From the human T2T-CHM13v2.0 reference genome, Homo sapiens, in assembly GCF_009914755.1 (NCBI RefSeq), contig NC_060927.1: DNA of 64,000 bases. One strand, given 5' to 3'. The position numbers were made by a program, and so were the translations under genes. Of this stretch, positions 60,173 through 64,000 are shown piece by piece; position 1 is the first letter of the stretch, and every line of letters starts with the position of its first letter. The notes beneath the pieces are model-generated. The model searched no databases and was not told where the DNA came from. It was given only the letters and a program-made list of their open reading frames with translations.

Positions 60173-60530
60173 TATTTGAAGACATTCCCTTTTCCAACGA
60201 AGGCCTGAAATCGGTCCAAATATCCACTTGCAGATTCTACAAAAAGAGTGTTTCAAAACTGTTCTATCAAAAGGAAGGTTCAACAATGTGAGTTGAATGC
60301 ACACATCACAAAGAAGTTTCTGAGAATGCTTCTGTCTAGTCATTTGAAGACATTCCCGTTTCCAACGAAGGCCTGCAATCGGTCCAAATATCCACTTGCA
60401 GATTCTACAAAAAGAGTGTTTCAAAACTGTTCGATCAAAAGGAAGGTTCAACAATGTGAGTTGAATGCACACATCACAAAGAAGTTTCTGAGAATGCTTC
60501 TGTCTAGTCATTTGAAGACATTCCCATTTC
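60173..60530. repeat. Tandem duplication of a 168-bp monomer variant
   Basis: 56-aa repeat period in ORFs 60038 and 60248. Confidence 0.88.
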
Positions 60531-60659
60531 CAAAGAAGGCCTCAAAGCTGTCCAAATATCCACTTGCAGATTCTACAAAAGGAGTGTTTCAAAACTTCTC
60601 TCTCAAAAGGAAGGTTCAACTATGAGAGTTGAATGCACACATCACAAAGTGGTTTCTGA

Positions 60660-63600
60660 GAATGCTTCTGTCTATTCTCTATGGGAAGATATTTCCTTTT
60701 CCACCACAGGATTTAAAATGGTCCAAAAGTCCACTTGCAGATTCTGCAAAAAGAGTGTTTCAAAATGTTCTATCAAAAGGAAATTTCAAATCTGTGAGTT
60801 GAATGCACACATCACAAAGAAGTTTCTGAGAATGCTTCTGTCCAGTTTTTATTTGAAGATATACCCATTTCCAATGAAGGCCTCAAAGCAGTCCTAATAT
60901 CCACTTGCAGATTCTACAAAAAGAGTGTTTCAAAACTGCTCTATGAAAAAAAGCTTTCACCTCTATGAGTTCAATGCACACAACACAAAGTAGTTTCTGA
61001 GAATGCTTCTGTGTAGTTTTATATGAAGATATTTTCTTTTCTAAATAGGCTGCAAAGCGCTCCAACTATCCAGTTGCAGTATCTACAAAAAGTGTTTCAA
61101 AACTGCTCTATCAAAAGAAAGGTTCACCTCTGTGAGTTGAATGCACACTTCACAAAGTGCTATCTGAGAATGCATTTCTCGAGTTTTTATATGAGTATAT
61201 TCGCTTTTCTTACCATAGGCCTCAAAGCGCTGGAAATATCCACTTGCAGATTCTACAAAAAGAGTGTTTCAAAACTGCCCTTTCAAAAGGAAGGTTCAAC
61301 TCTATGAGTTGAATGCACACATCAAAAAGAAGTTTCTGAGAGTCATTCTGTCTAGTTTCTATGTTATGATATTTCCTTTTCCACCACAGGACTTAAAGCA
61401 CTCCAAATGTCCACTTGCAGATTCTACAAAAAGAGTGTTACAAAACTGCTCTATCAAAAGAAAGGTTCGACCCTGTGAGTTGAATGCACACATCAAAAAG
61501 AAGTTTCTGAGAATGCTTCTGTCTAGTTTTTATATGAAGTTATTTGCTTTTCTACCGTAGGCCTCAAACCTGCCAAATATTCATTTGCAGATTCCACAAA
61601 AAGAGTGTTTCATACATGCTCTACCAAAAGGAAGGTTCAAATCTGTGAGTTGAATGCACAGATCACAAGGAAGTTTCTGAGAATACTTCTGTCTACTTTT
61701 TATTTGAAGATATTCCCGTTTCCAACGAAGGCCTCAAAGCAGTCCAAATATCCACTTGCAGATTCTATAAAAAGTGTGTTACAAAACTGCTCTATCAAAA
61801 GGAAGGTTCAACTCTGTGAGTTGAAGGCACAGATCACAAAGGAGTTTCTGAGAATGCTTCTCTCTAGGTTTTATTTGAAGATATTCCCTTTTCCAACGAA
61901 AGCCTTAAAACGGTCCAAATATCCACTTGCAGATTGTACAAAAAGAGAGTTTCAAAACTTCTCTATCAAAAGGAAGGTTCAACTCTGTGAGTTGAATGCA
62001 CAAATCACAAGGTAGTTTCTGAGAATGCTTCTATCTAGTCGCTATGTGAAGATATTTCCTTTTCCACCACAGGCCACAAAACCCTCCAATTGTCCACTTG
62101 CAGATTCTAAAAAAGAGTGTTTCAAAACTGTTCTATCAAAAGGAAAGTTCATACCTGTGAGTTGAATGCAGACATCACAAAGAAGTTTCTGAGAATGCTT
62201 CTGTCTAGTTTTTATTCAAAGATACTACCGTTTCCAACAAAGGCCTCAAAGCAGTCCAAATATCCACTTGCAGATTCTACAAAAAGAGTGTTTCAAAACT
62301 TCTTTATCACAAAGAAGATTCAACTCTGTCAGCTGAATGCACACATCACAAAGAAGTTTCGGAGAATGCTTTTGTGTAGTTTTCATATGAAGATATTTCC
62401 CTCTCTAGCATTGGCCTCAAAGCTCTCCAAATGTGAAGAGGCAGATTCTTCAAAAATATTGTTTCAGAACGCTCTATCAAAAGGAAGGTTTACTCTTGAG
62501 TTGAATGCGCACATCACAAAGAAGTTTCTAAAAATGCTTCTGTCTAGTTTTTAAGTGAGGATATTCCTGTTACCACCACAAACCTCAAAGCCCTCCAAAT
62601 GTCCACTTGCAGATTCCACAAAAAGAAGAGTGTTTCCAAACGGCTCTGTCAAAAGGAAGTTTCAACTCTGTTAGTTGAATGCACACATCACAAAGAAGTT
62701 TCTGAGAATGCTTCTGTGTAGTGGTTTCAAGACATTTCCGTTTCCAACGAAGTCCTCAAAGCCGTCCAAATATCCACTTGCAGATTCTACAAAAAGAGTG
62801 TTTCAAAACTGCTCTATCAAAAGAAAGGTTCAACTCTGTGAGTTGAATGCACACCTCGCAAAGTAGTTTCTGAGAATGCTTCTGTGTAGTGGTTTGAAGA
62901 CATTCCCGTTTCCAACAAAGGCCTCAAAGCGGTGCAAACATGCACTTGCAGATTCTACAAAGAGTGTTTCAAAACTGCTCTATCAAAAGAAAGGTTCGAC
63001 CCTGTGAGTTCAATGCACACATCACAAAGAGGTTTCTGAGAATGGTTCTGTCTATTTTCTCTGTGAAGATATTTTCTTTTCCACCACAGGCCTCATAACC
63101 CTCCAAATATCCACTTGCAGGTTCTGCAAAAAGAGTGTTTCAAAATGTTCTATCAAAAGGAAATTTCAAATCTGTGAGTTGAATGCACACATCACAAAGA
63201 AGTTTCTGAGAATGCTTCTGTCCAGTTTCTATTTGAAGATATACCCATTTCCAATGAAGGCCTCAAAGTGGTCCTAATATCCACTTGCAGATTCTACAAA
63301 AAGAGTGTTTCAAAACTGCTCTATCAAAAAGAAGCTTCAACTCTGTGTGTTGAATGCACACATCACAAAGAAGTTTCTGAGAATGCTCCTGTCTAGTATT
63401 TATTTGAAGATATTTCCTTTTCTACCATAGGCCTCAAAGCGCTCCAACTATCCAGTTGCAGATTCTACAAGAAGTGTTTCAAAACTGCTCTATCAAAAGA
63501 AAGGTTCACCTCTGTGAGTTGAATGCACACTTCAAAAAGTGCTATCTGAGAATGCTTTTGTCTAGTTTTTATATGAATATATTTGCTCTTCTTACCACAG

Positions 63601-64000
63601 GCCTCAAAGCGCTGGAAATATCCATTTGCAGATTCTACAAAAAGAGTGTTTCAAAGCTGCTCTATCAAAAAGAAGGTTCAACTCTATGAGTTGAATGCAC
63701 TCATCAAAAAGAAGTTGCTCAGACTCCTTCTGTCTAGTTTTTATGTGATGATATTTCCTTTTCCACCATAGGACTTAAAGCGCTCCAAATGTCCACTTGC
63801 AGATTCTACAAAAAGAGTGTTTCAAAACTGCTCTATCAAAAGAAAGGTTTGACTCTGTGAGTTGATTGCACACGTCAAAAAGTAGTTTCTGAGAATGCTT
63901 CTTTCTAGTTTTATATGAAGTTATTTGCTTCTCTACCCTAGGCCTCAAAGCTGCCAAATATCCAATTGCACATTCCACAAAAAGAGTGTTTCAAACATGC
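60660..64000. repeat. Diverged ~14-monomer duplication (offset ~2380 bp)
   Basis: 60741 attctgcaaaaagagtgtttcaaaatgttc matches 63121; 60861 matches 63241; 61061 matches 63443; runs to the window end. Confidence 0.85.

Larger units (their letters stand above)
57626..64000 (-). repeat. Alpha satellite, irregular A/B monomers
   Basis: Continues the monomer split by the L1 TSD; perfect CENP-B boxes at 60354 and 61714. Confidence 0.95.

Overview
This is primate (human or African great ape-like) pericentromeric DNA, not a gene-bearing region. About 49 kb is divergent ~171-bp alpha satellite in one orientation (reverse complement of the usual ALR consensus). It is layered: A-type (pJalpha-box) monomers only up to ~17.95 kb, then mixed A/B monomers carrying at least 16 perfect CENP-B boxes. 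Four LINE-1 insertions interrupt it, all inserted on the minus strand. Two are full-length decayed copies (L1PA2-like 1859-7856; late L1PA3-like 51603-57625 with a perfect 16-bp TSD), one is a 210-bp 3' fragment, and one is a twin-primed 5'-inverted copy that has lost its 3' end. The least expected items are a 39-bp tailless U3 snoRNA retrocopy with a target-site duplication at 47179-47217, a fold-back 12-bp hairpin monomer variant present in three copies, an apparently mosaic L1, and nested tandem duplications (1- to ~21-mers) resembling nascent and relic higher-order repeats. Satellite ORFs in the track are artefacts of 171 = 3 x 57. I found no intact protein-coding gene and no new multi-gene system. 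Subfamily and consensus comparisons rely on recalled sequences and need alignment to confirm.
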